Assembly: GCA_900543275.1 (NCBI GenBank)
Contig: UQQL01000001.1
Span: 39,674-103,673 of the forward strand
From: an uncultured Collinsella sp.
GTDB lineage: Bacteria; Actinomycetota; Coriobacteriia; Coriobacteriales; Coriobacteriaceae
Length of the DNA stretch: 64,000 nt
Direction: 5' to 3'
Shown: in pieces, positions 9,519 through 18,054 of the stretch
Layout of the letters: each line of letters starts with the position of its first letter
How positions within the stretch are numbered: the first letter of the stretch is position 1
Translations under genes and position numbers: made by a program
The notes under the pieces: generated by a model
The model's database searches: none
Told to the model about the DNA's origin: nothing
Seen by the model: only the letters and a program-made list of their open reading frames with translations

Positions 9519-9785
9519 GGGCGGCTCCTTTCACGGGAAAGCTCCCGTCTTAAAAAAGCACGGCCCGCCCAGATGGCGGCGCCGCGCTCTAACGTATTAC
9601 GCTTGCATCTAGCCTACCCTGCGCGACAAGCGCGCAAGCGCGGCCGAAAAGCGGAACCACAGGTTGAACATTATTTGCTCAACGGCACGGGCGCCCCTGT
9701 CCAATAGGCGACGTGGTCCCGCGCACAAAAAACGACCGGAGCGCGGGGCGTCCGCGATCCGGTCGGGGCGTTTGGTCAACTAAAC

Positions 9786-10709
9786 CTAGCAGGCGGCCAT
9801 GATGGGGGCAGCGACCTGCTTCTTACGGGAGAGGACGCCCGGCATCCAGACGCCGTCGTGCTCGTCGGCAATGCCCAGGCCCTTCTGAGCAGCCTCGGTC
9901 TCGCCCTCGAGCAGGACCTGCGAGCCCTCCTCCATGATGTCGGTGATGCACAGGACAATGCCGTCGGCGCCCTTCTCGGCGGCGTAGGCGCGCATGGCCT
10001 CGCGGATCTCGTCGATCATGCCGAGTGCGCGGCTCTTGTCGACGGTCTCGTACTGGCCAATGAGCAGCTTCTTGCCAGCGGGCTCGAACATCTTGATGTC
10101 GTTGCCGACCATCTCGGCTGCAGTGAAGGAGCCGGACGGACGGGTGAGGAAGACCTCCATGCCAAACTTGACCGGGTCGACGCCCACCTGCTCGCCGAGC
10201 TTGGCGGCGACGGCGCGGTCGACATCGGTGGTGGTGGGGCTCTTGAGCATGAGCGTGTCGGTCATCATGGCCGAGAGCAGCAGCTTGGCCTGTACGTCGG
10301 AAAGCTCAGCGCCGAGCACGCCGGCGAGCTTGGTGACGATGGTGCAGCTGGAGCCCCAGGGCAGGCAGATGTAATGCAGCGGGCCGGCGGTCTCGAAGTC
10401 GCCGATGCGGTGATGGTCGACGACGCCAAAGACCGTGGCGTCCTTAAGGCCCGCGACGGACTGGGCGGACTCGTTGTGGTCGGTGAGGACGACAAGCTGA
10501 CCGGCCTCGACGGACTCAATCACGCGGGGCTCGGCAATGCCGGCGTCGGCGAGCAGCTTGGCGGACTCTGCCGGAAGCTGACCAAGGGCGCAGGCCTCGT
10601 AGGTGTTGCCGGCATACTCAACCTGGTTGAGCAGCTGGGACAGGACGACGGCGCTCATGATGGCGTCGTTATCGGGGTTCTGGTGACCAAAGACAAGAAC
10701 GTTTGCCAT
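9786..10709 (-). CDS. ppaC: manganese-dependent inorganic pyrophosphatase (family II, DHH-DHHA2)
   Basis: N-terminal VFGHQNPDNDAIMSA DHH motif, 307 aa; GGAGGA RBS. Confidence 0.9.
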   Translation of the reverse strand: MANVLVFGHQNPDNDAIMSAVVLSQLLNQVEYAGNTYEACALGQLPAESAKLLADAGIAEPRVIESVEAGQLVVLTDHNESAQSVAGLKDATVFGVVDHHRIGDFETAGPLHYICLPWGSSCTIVTKLAGVLGAELSDVQAKLLLSAMMTDTLMLKSPTTTDVDRAVAAKLGEQVGVDPVKFGMEVFLTRPSGSFTAAEMVGNDIKMFEPAGKKLLIGQYETVDKSRALGMIDEIREAMRAYAAEKGADGIVLCITDIMEEGSQVLLEGETEAAQKGLGIADEHDGVWMPGVLSRKKQVAAPIMAAC

Positions 10710-10868
10710 GGATATCCTCCACTTGATATGTGTACTTGGACGTAGCTATGGTAGCACGCCGATGCCGAGCCTTATGAGACGGAAGGGTCGCGGCACAATT
10801 TGGGGCAAGCGCTGAGGCGAGGTCAGGGACGAAGCCTGTCCCCCTTTCACCACCTGCCCCCGCACCAG

Positions 10869-11822
10869 CTATTTACCGGCGGCGCGCAGGGCTACGTAAG
10901 CGGCACCGATGATGCCGGCGTCGTTGCCGAGCGAAGCGACCTTAATGGGCGTCTCGCGCGAGGCGGAGAGCGCGTACTGCTTAAAGTGCTCGCGGACCTT
11001 GTCGAGGTAGACATCGGCCGAAGCGGATGCGCCGCCGCCGATCAGGAACATCTCGGGATCAACCACGTTGGCAATAAGCGCCAGGGCGCGGCCGAGATAG
11101 TCGGCCATGGTATCGGCAGCTGCCAGCGCGAGCTTGTCACCCTCGCGGCAGGCCTGGAACACGTCCTTGGAATCAGAAGGCCCGGTGAGCTCGATGGGCT
11201 CGACGCCCGCCTTCTTGCACTCGGCAAGGTAGTTACTCACCACGCCGGTGGCGCTGGAATACTGCTCCAGATGGCCATGGCCGCCACAGCCGCAGGTGCG
11301 CTCCTCAGCCGGGTTCAGGCACATGTGGCCAATCTCGCCGCCGGCACCCACAACGCCCGACACCACGTCGCCGTTGACGATAACGCCGCCACCCACGCCG
11401 GTACCAATGGTGACCATCACCACGTTCTGTACGCCCTTGGCAGAGCCGAGCCAGGCCTCGCCCATGGCAGCGGCGTTGGCATCGTTCTCGTATTTAACAA
11501 CCGCGTCGGGGCAGTGCTCCTGAATGGCGACTCTTAGCTCGGGCAGGTTAATGGCAATGTTGGCCTTGACCTTGGCATCGCCCGATGCCGGAATGGGGCA
11601 CGGAACGGCCAGGCCAATACCCGCCACAAAGGCGCGCGGAATCTGGGCCTTGGCGACCACCTGGTCGATAGCCTCGGTCACCGCGGCAAAGCCCGCGGCG
11701 TCAACGATAGGCGGCGTGGGCACGCTGGCCTTGGCCAGCAGGTTACCGTCCTCGTCGAACAGGCCCTCCTTAACCGAAGTGCCGCCGACGTCGATGCCGA
11801 TGTAATACTGCTTAGGTTCCAT
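10869..11822 (-). CDS. glcK: ROK-family glucokinase
   Basis: YYIGIDVGGTSVK ATP site and CGCGxxGHLE zinc motif. Start chosen at the Met with a GAAAGG RBS; the track's upstream extension overlaps a terminator hairpin. Confidence 0.85.
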   Translation of the reverse strand: MEPKQYYIGIDVGGTSVKEGLFDEDGNLLAKASVPTPPIVDAAGFAAVTEAIDQVVAKAQIPRAFVAGIGLAVPCPIPASGDAKVKANIAINLPELRVAIQEHCPDAVVKYENDANAAAMGEAWLGSAKGVQNVVMVTIGTGVGGGVIVNGDVVSGVVGAGGEIGHMCLNPAEERTCGCGGHGHLEQYSSATGVVSNYLAECKKAGVEPIELTGPSDSKDVFQACREGDKLALAAADTMADYLGRALALIANVVDPEMFLIGGGASASADVYLDKVREHFKQYALSASRETPIKVASLGNDAGIIGAAYVALRAAGK

Positions 11823-11866
11823 GGGAGCCCGCCTTTCTCGTTTAAACATTGCCTGTATGGTACCGC

Positions 11867-11906
11867 TCCCAAGGCAAAAACCTGCCAAAAAGGGACAGGT
11901 TTGTTT
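11867..11906. terminator. strong hairpin terminator (aaaacctgccaaaa...ttttggcaggtttt)
   Basis: 14-bp stem flanked by A and T runs, downstream of the PTS operon and upstream of glcK. Confidence 0.65.
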
Positions 11907-12063
11907 TGGCAGGTTTTATCTGGGGAAGCGCGAATGGTCACTCAATAGATCGCGCAAGACCTTCCCCAAATATAAAGGCGCCGGGAGGCGGAGACTCCCG
12001 GCGCCCGTCAAAGGGACTATGTTGTCTGTCGGACCGCACGGTCCTTCGCGGCGATAACGCTGA

Positions 12064-12405
12064 CTAGGCCTTAAGTGCCTGCAACTGTTTGTGAACCTCG
12101 ATGAGCTCCGTCGCCATGACGCGCATGGTCTCGGTACCGGCCATCTGGTCCTCGGCATGCAGCAGAATCAACGGAGCCTCACCGTTACGCTCGCCGTTGG
12201 CCTCCTTCTTCAGAAGCCCCATGTGAACATCGTGGCCACCGTTATAGGCCTCGTCGCCCTGCTTGATAAGCTCCTCGGCGGCGTCAAAATCGCCCTCCTT
12301 GGCCTTTTGCACGGCATTGATGTACATGCTCTTGGCGGTGCCAACGTAGCTGATGATCTCGAAGCAGGTCATCTGCAGCTCGTTCATATCCTCCATGTGC
12401 TGCAC
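12064..12405 (-). CDS. PTS lactose/cellobiose-family EIIA
   Basis: PTS_IIA type-3 helical bundle sequence, 113 aa. Confidence 0.85.
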   Translation of the reverse strand: MQHMEDMNELQMTCFEIISYVGTAKSMYINAVQKAKEGDFDAAEELIKQGDEAYNGGHDVHMGLLKKEANGERNGEAPLILLHAEDQMAGTETMRVMATELIEVHKQLQALKA

Positions 12406-12708
12406 CTAGCCCATCACGCTGACGCAGTGGTCGATGATGCCGGCGGCGTTCATACGGCCGTAATCGACCATGTTGATGACCTCGACCGGGAAACGGCCGG
12501 CGGCCTCCTTCTCAAAATCGCCCTTGGTGTAGCCAATCTGCGGACCGAGCAGCAGGATATCGCACTCGTCCAGGTGATCGTGGGCCTCGTTCATGGGACG
12601 AGCCTCGACCTCGATGTCCAGACCGCGGCTTGCAACCTCGGCCTGCATCTTCTGGACCAGCAGGCTCGTGGACATGCCGGCGTTGCAGCAAAGCATGATC
12701 TTCTTCAT
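12406..12708 (-). CDS. PTS lactose/cellobiose-family EIIB
   Basis: MKKIMLCCNAGMSTS with the active-site Cys, 100 aa. Confidence 0.9.
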   Translation of the reverse strand: MKKIMLCCNAGMSTSLLVQKMQAEVASRGLDIEVEARPMNEAHDHLDECDILLLGPQIGYTKGDFEKEAAGRFPVEVINMVDYGRMNAAGIIDHCVSVMG

Positions 12709-12861
12709 GGTTTTCTCCTTATAACTGCGCGGCGCGCAGACGACAACTGGTTTTATTCCTTGCGGCTATTGTGCCCACCCCCTGCGTCTTTACACAAGGA
12801 GAGAGCCGCGGGCATCGGCACCGCGTACCGGCGCCCGCAACGGTGAAAGGGAGAACGACGT

Positions 12862-14214
12862 TTAAGCGTTCTGCTCGGCAAGGGCCTCCTGCTTGGCGAT
12901 GGCCTTCTCGGAGATCCTCATAAAGGGCAGGTAGACAGCCATGCCGATGACAAGCTCGAGGGCCTGCCACACGCCGGCACGCCAGTCAAAGCCAGTGGCA
13001 AGCAGGGCGTTGATAACGGGAGGCATGGTCCAAGGCACCTGGGCAATGCAGGGGCTAATGATGCCCGCGCAGGTCAGAGCATAGGTGATGCCGATGAACA
13101 GGTCGGGAAGAAGCACGAACGGAATCATGAGCGGCAGGTTGTACACGACGGGGTAACCGTAGATAACCGGCTCGTTGATGTTGAACAGGCCAGGAACGAT
13201 AGCCATCTTGGCAACGGTCTTGGAAGCCTTGTTCTTGGAGAACAGGAAGGTGTCGAGCAGGAGCATGAGGGTGCAGCCCGAACCGCCGATGAGGGCGAAG
13301 CTGTTAACGATCTGCATGTTCATGTAGTGATCGGGCTGGATGGTGCCGCCGGCGGCGAAGGTAGCCATGTTGTCGACGATGAGCATGGTCAGGATCGGCT
13401 CGACGGTAGCGCCAGAGATGGTGGACTGGTGAATACCGACACAGAACAGCAGGTTCGCAAGGGTGTAGATGAGGATGACAGCCCACGGGCCGGCGTTCAT
13501 GATGCTCTTGAGCGGGTTGGAGATGCACGTGGAGATGATGGTGCACAGATCGGTGCCGGCAAACACGGCGAGCAGGGCTGCGGCAACAGCGAAGATAGAG
13601 AGGTTGAGCAGCATCGGGATCATGACGTTAAAGGAGTTGGAGACCGCGGGAGGCACGCCCTCGCCCAGCTTGACCTTAAGCTTCTCGACGCCGGAGATCT
13701 TGATGAAGAGCGTGACGGAGAGCAGGGCGATGATAATAGCCGCGAACAGACCGTTGGTGCCGGTGTTGGCAGTCGAAAGGGCGCCCGTGACCTCGGCAGA
13801 GGTGATCTTGTCGGTGAGCAGCGGGCTCGTGGCGGCAAGCGTGGCGGTGATCTGTTGCGGCATCATGATGACGAAAGCGGAGATTGCGACGACCACGCAG
13901 GCAAGCGGGTTATCGAAGCGCTCGTTCTTAGCGAGGCTGTAGCCAATCAATCCGGCCAGGATAATGGCAGAGACGTTGAGGGTGCCCAGCGTAATTGCCG
14001 AACCCCAGGTCTGGAGGTTGGCAAGACCCGCCGCATCGAGCGGGAACAGAGGGAACACGACATTGTTAATAAGAACCGCGATACCCGCAAGGATATAGAG
14101 CGGCGTGATGGTTGCGAAGGCATCGCGCAGGGAACGCAGGTGAACCTGGTTTCCCACCTTCGCAGAGACCTCGGCAAATTTGTCGAGGAAGCTCTTTCCG
14201 TTTTCACTGGCCAT
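12862..14214 (-). CDS. PTS lactose/cellobiose-family EIIC permease
   Basis: 450 aa polytopic membrane protein with a CelB-like N-terminus. Confidence 0.9.
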   Translation of the reverse strand: MASENGKSFLDKFAEVSAKVGNQVHLRSLRDAFATITPLYILAGIAVLINNVVFPLFPLDAAGLANLQTWGSAITLGTLNVSAIILAGLIGYSLAKNERFDNPLACVVVAISAFVIMMPQQITATLAATSPLLTDKITSAEVTGALSTANTGTNGLFAAIIIALLSVTLFIKISGVEKLKVKLGEGVPPAVSNSFNVMIPMLLNLSIFAVAAALLAVFAGTDLCTIISTCISNPLKSIMNAGPWAVILIYTLANLLFCVGIHQSTISGATVEPILTMLIVDNMATFAAGGTIQPDHYMNMQIVNSFALIGGSGCTLMLLLDTFLFSKNKASKTVAKMAIVPGLFNINEPVIYGYPVVYNLPLMIPFVLLPDLFIGITYALTCAGIISPCIAQVPWTMPPVINALLATGFDWRAGVWQALELVIGMAVYLPFMRISEKAIAKQEALAEQNA

Positions 14215-14334
14215 GATTGCTCCTAACTTTCAAATCCGGCCTTTTCCTATGCGCACGGTGGTCTGTCGCCCTCTGCCACCAGATGTGCCATGTTTTGCGC
14301 GCGGCGGCGCGCGGTCTGGACGTTTGCCCGGTCG

Positions 14335-15738
14335 CTAGTCGACCACGTGGGTCGTTGCGACCTGCTTGAGCCAAGCTGCCGACTTCTTAAGGCGGCGCTT
14401 GTAACCGTCCATGAGGTCGACCTCGACAAATCCGTAACGGTTCTTAAAGGCATTGGCCCAAGACCAGTTATCGATGACAGCCCAGTAGTGATATCCGCGG
14501 CATTTGGCGCCCTCGGCGATTGCCTTGGCGACCCACTCCAGGTGCTGGCGCACAAAGTCGACGCGGTAGTCGTCCTGGATGGTGCCCTCGGCGTCACGGT
14601 TCTTGTATTCGTCCATGATTCCGATGCCGTTCTCGGACACAAACCACTCAAGATCGGGGTAATTCCTAGCGCAGTCCATGCCAAAGTCGTAGAGACCCTG
14701 CGGGTAGATCTCCCAGCCGCGACTCTTGTTCATAACGGCGTTGGGCCACACGTACTCGTCGGCAAAGTGCGGCAGACCGTACTGGTCGATCTTGCTCGCC
14801 GGGGCCTGAACGCGCGTGGGGTGGTAGTAGTTGCAACCGAGCCAGTCGACAACGCCCTGCTTGAGGATCTCATGGTCGCCGGCACGGAACGGGAGCCTAA
14901 CGCCGCCCTCGGCCAAGCTGTCGAGCACGTCGGCGGGAAGCTCGCCCTTGGTAATAAGGTCGAGCCACCAGCGATTGTTGATACCGCTGGTCATGCGCAC
15001 GGCCTCGAGGTCCGCCTCGCTGGGGTTCTCCTTGGTGTAGACCGGGGTAAAGCAGTTGATCATGCCAATCTTGGCATCGGCACGAACGGCGTCCTCGTCA
15101 TAGGCACGGCGATAGTTGGCCACGGCCAGCGCGTGCGCCAACGAGATGTGATACTGCACGGTGCGAGCGCGGTTATAGTCATGGAGCTGCGGGAACCACA
15201 CGCCCTCCTGGTAGCGCTGCTCGGGCTCGACGATGGGCTCGTTAAAGGTGAACCAGTACTTGATCTCCTGGCCAAACTCGCGGAAGGCAACGTCGGCGTA
15301 ATGGGCGTAAGCCTCGACGACCTCACGGCTCTCCCAACCGCCGCGGTCAAAGAGGTGGGTGGGCATGTCAAAGTGGTACAGGTTGACGAACGGCTCCAGG
15401 CCGGCCTCGCGAGAGGCACGGAACAGCTCGTGGTACCACGCGGCGCCCTCCTCATTAAGGTTGCCGTTAGCATCGAGCAGACGACTCCACTGGATGGAGG
15501 TACGGTAGGTATCCAGGCCCAAGTCCTTCAAAATGCGAAGGTCCTCCTGGTACTTGGCCATAAAGTCATTGCCGGCATAAGAACCAACGCGGTTATAGAA
15601 CGAATCCAGATCCTGGATGGACCAGGTATCCCACAGGTTCTCGAGCTTGCCGCCCTGGTTCCACTGACCCTCAGTCTGCGGGCCGGACATAGCGGCGCCA
15701 AAGAAGAAGTCACGGGGCAGCTGATACTGTGCCATCAA
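14335..15738 (-). CDS. 6-phospho-beta-glucosidase (glycoside hydrolase family 1)
   Basis: GH1 signatures (TFNEP acid/base, ENG nucleophile region) and an N-terminal FFFGAAMSGPQTEG motif. Confidence 0.9.
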   Translation of the reverse strand: MMAQYQLPRDFFFGAAMSGPQTEGQWNQGGKLENLWDTWSIQDLDSFYNRVGSYAGNDFMAKYQEDLRILKDLGLDTYRTSIQWSRLLDANGNLNEEGAAWYHELFRASREAGLEPFVNLYHFDMPTHLFDRGGWESREVVEAYAHYADVAFREFGQEIKYWFTFNEPIVEPEQRYQEGVWFPQLHDYNRARTVQYHISLAHALAVANYRRAYDEDAVRADAKIGMINCFTPVYTKENPSEADLEAVRMTSGINNRWWLDLITKGELPADVLDSLAEGGVRLPFRAGDHEILKQGVVDWLGCNYYHPTRVQAPASKIDQYGLPHFADEYVWPNAVMNKSRGWEIYPQGLYDFGMDCARNYPDLEWFVSENGIGIMDEYKNRDAEGTIQDDYRVDFVRQHLEWVAKAIAEGAKCRGYHYWAVIDNWSWANAFKNRYGFVEVDLMDGYKRRLKKSAAWLKQVATTHVVD

Positions 15739-16039
15739 AGTCCTCGCTTTCGTGTTCTAGAGCTTCCGGTTGGAGACGGGTTTGCCTTGGCAGGTTATCC
15801 GGCGCGGGCGCGCACCTGATATCTGGATATTCAGCCCGCCAAAACAAAGCCGCCCCCAAACGGTCGGGCCTGCCGTGCGGCATGGTTCCGTTTGTTGGCT
15901 ACAACTATAGCGCTCTAATTTAATAAGTAAAGCGTCTTTTTCTTTTTTCTTTCTCGAACTTCTTTTATAAAAGTAATATGGGTGCCTCGTTGCGGGTTAT
16001 ACTTACTTATGTATTGATATATGTCGGAAAGGAGGTTCC
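15739..16039. promoter_or_regulatory. AT-rich divergent promoter/operator region between the bgl-PTS operon and the gntR-family regulator
   Basis: GC falls sharply across 15900-16040 relative to the flanks. Confidence 0.4.
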
Positions 16040-16759
16040 ATGATTCCCAAATACGAGGCGATAGCTGCGGATATTCGTCGAAGCATCGAAGACGGCGCTC
16101 TTAAGCCGGGCGACAAGCTGCCCACCGTCGTTGAGTTCTGCGAGCTCTATAGCGTTTCCAAGATCACCGTCAAACGAGCGATTGAGCAGATTACTGAGGA
16201 AGGCCTCATTACCAGCCGACGCGGATCGGGCACCTACGTCAAGGACACGGCGGGACTTCCCAGCAAGGCGTTTTTCCAGGGCAAGAACGACCGTGCCCAG
16301 GGCTTTTCGTATGAGCACCGCGGGGAGAAGGTGACCTCGGTGGTCTACGATTTCTCGATTGTCAATCCACCGGCGGACGTCGCTGCCCAGCTGGGAATTG
16401 CCGAGGATGACTTTGCCTACCACATCGTGCGCGTGCGCCAGGTTGACGAGAAGCCCATCGTTATCGAGTACACCTACATGCCCCTCGAGCTGATTCCGGG
16501 CCTTAAAAAGAAGGACCTGTACGGATCGGTCTACAGCTTCATCCGCAAGCAATGCGGGCTGAAGATTTCGAGCTTCCACCGCACCATTCGCGCCGTAGCG
16601 GCAACCGAGGAAGAGGCTGAGCGCCTGGACACCAAACCCGGCTCTCCCCTGCTCGAGCTCAACCAGATTGGCTTTTTGGATAGCGGCACCGCCTTTGAGC
16701 ATTCGATCTCGCGCAACGTTGGTGACCGCTTTGAGCTGCACAACGTAACGTTGGCATAG
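16040..16759 (+). CDS. GntR/HutC-family transcriptional regulator (HTH plus UTRA effector domain)
   Basis: N-terminal winged HTH (LPTVVEFCELYSVSKITVKRAI) and a C-terminal UTRA domain; GAAAGGAGG RBS. Confidence 0.85.
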   Translation: MIPKYEAIAADIRRSIEDGALKPGDKLPTVVEFCELYSVSKITVKRAIEQITEEGLITSRRGSGTYVKDTAGLPSKAFFQGKNDRAQGFSYEHRGEKVTSVVYDFSIVNPPADVAAQLGIAEDDFAYHIVRVRQVDEKPIVIEYTYMPLELIPGLKKKDLYGSVYSFIRKQCGLKISSFHRTIRAVAATEEEAERLDTKPGSPLLELNQIGFLDSGTAFEHSISRNVGDRFELHNVTLA

Positions 16760-16834
16760 GTTTTTGTAGTCATGCGGGCGCTCGTTACGGCTCGTTTAGA
16801 GTGGGCGGCCGCGCAACACCATGGGGGTATGAAC

Positions 16835-17767
16835 ATGTCCGATTTGATTAAACTGACGCCGATCTTTCACGAGAAGATCTGGGGCGGCCGCCAGCTCGAA
16901 ACCGTATTTGGTTATGACATTCCCGAGGGTCCCATCGGTGAGTGCTGGGCCATCTCGGCACACCCCAACGGCGACTGCCAGATCGCTGAGGGCCCGTACG
17001 CCGGTCACGCGCTGTCATGGCTGTGGGCCGAGCACCGCGAGCTCTTTGGCAACTGCGAGGGCAAGGAGTTCCCGCTGCTCATTAAGATTCTGGACGCCAA
17101 GGACGACCTTTCGATCCAGATCCATCCCAACGACGAGTACGCCGCCGAGCACGAGAACGGCAGCCTGGGCAAAACCGAGTGCTGGTATGTGCTGGACTGC
17201 GAGCCCGGCGCCACAATCATCGTCGGCCAGCGCGCCAAGGACCGCGCCGAGGCTGCACAGATGATCGAAGACGGCCGCTGGGACGACATGCTCAACGTGC
17301 TGCCGATCCACAAGGGCGACTTTTTCCAGATTGATTCCGGTACCGTCCACGCCATCAAGACCGGCACGCTCATTTTGGAGACGCAGCAGTCGAGCGACGT
17401 GACGTATCGCCTGTACGACTACGACCGTCCCGGCACCGACGGCAAACTGCGTCCCCTGCACATTGAGCAGAGTCTCGACTGCATCGACTTTGATTCTCAG
17501 GCCCCGACCGACGGCACCGTGACCGCGCCCGAAGTCGACGGCGTGACCGAACTCGAGTCCAACCCCTGCTACACCGTCGATCGCGTGCGTGTTGACGGCA
17601 GCAAGACCCTCGACCAGCGCTGGCCATTCATGTGCCTGTCGGTCATCGACGGCGAAGGCACCGTCTGCGGCGACCCCGTCCACAAGGGAAGCCACCTGCT
17701 GGCCCCCAGCACCGTGAAGTCCATTGACCTCGAGGGCAAAATGGAGCTGATCATCTCGCACCTGTAG
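16835..17767 (+). CDS. manA: mannose-6-phosphate isomerase, class I
   Basis: Cupin PMI with the His/Glu/Gln zinc-ligand pattern. Confidence 0.85.
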   Translation: MSDLIKLTPIFHEKIWGGRQLETVFGYDIPEGPIGECWAISAHPNGDCQIAEGPYAGHALSWLWAEHRELFGNCEGKEFPLLIKILDAKDDLSIQIHPNDEYAAEHENGSLGKTECWYVLDCEPGATIIVGQRAKDRAEAAQMIEDGRWDDMLNVLPIHKGDFFQIDSGTVHAIKTGTLILETQQSSDVTYRLYDYDRPGTDGKLRPLHIEQSLDCIDFDSQAPTDGTVTAPEVDGVTELESNPCYTVDRVRVDGSKTLDQRWPFMCLSVIDGEGTVCGDPVHKGSHLLAPSTVKSIDLEGKMELIISHL

Positions 17768-17925
17768 GTCGCACCAACAACCCAAACGCAACAAGGGGCT
17801 CCCCCGCCCATCAACGGGGGAGCCCCTACTCGTATCTATATATCAGCCCACCCGGCTCTCCAGATCAAAAAGCGGACGAGCAAAGCGACGTTCGTAAGCT
17901 GCAGGCCAAAACGCCACAAGGAAGA

Positions 17926-18040
17926 GGGCGCGCCGGGGGCTTTGGTCGATCGCGAGTTCCGCACGAGCCGGAGAGCACTTAATGTGCTCTCCGTGCGAGC
18001 AGGACTGTCCGAGCAGGCGACCAAAGCCCCCGGCGCGCCC
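17926..18040. repeat. perfect 23-bp inverted repeat flanking a 69-nt spacer with an inner 10-bp hairpin
   Basis: gggcgcgccgggggctttggtcg ... cgaccaaagcccccggcgcgccc, with inner ccggagagcac/gtgctctccg. Sits between the convergent manA and pcrA. Confidence 0.6.
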
Positions 18041-18054
18041 GGTCAACCTCGCAG

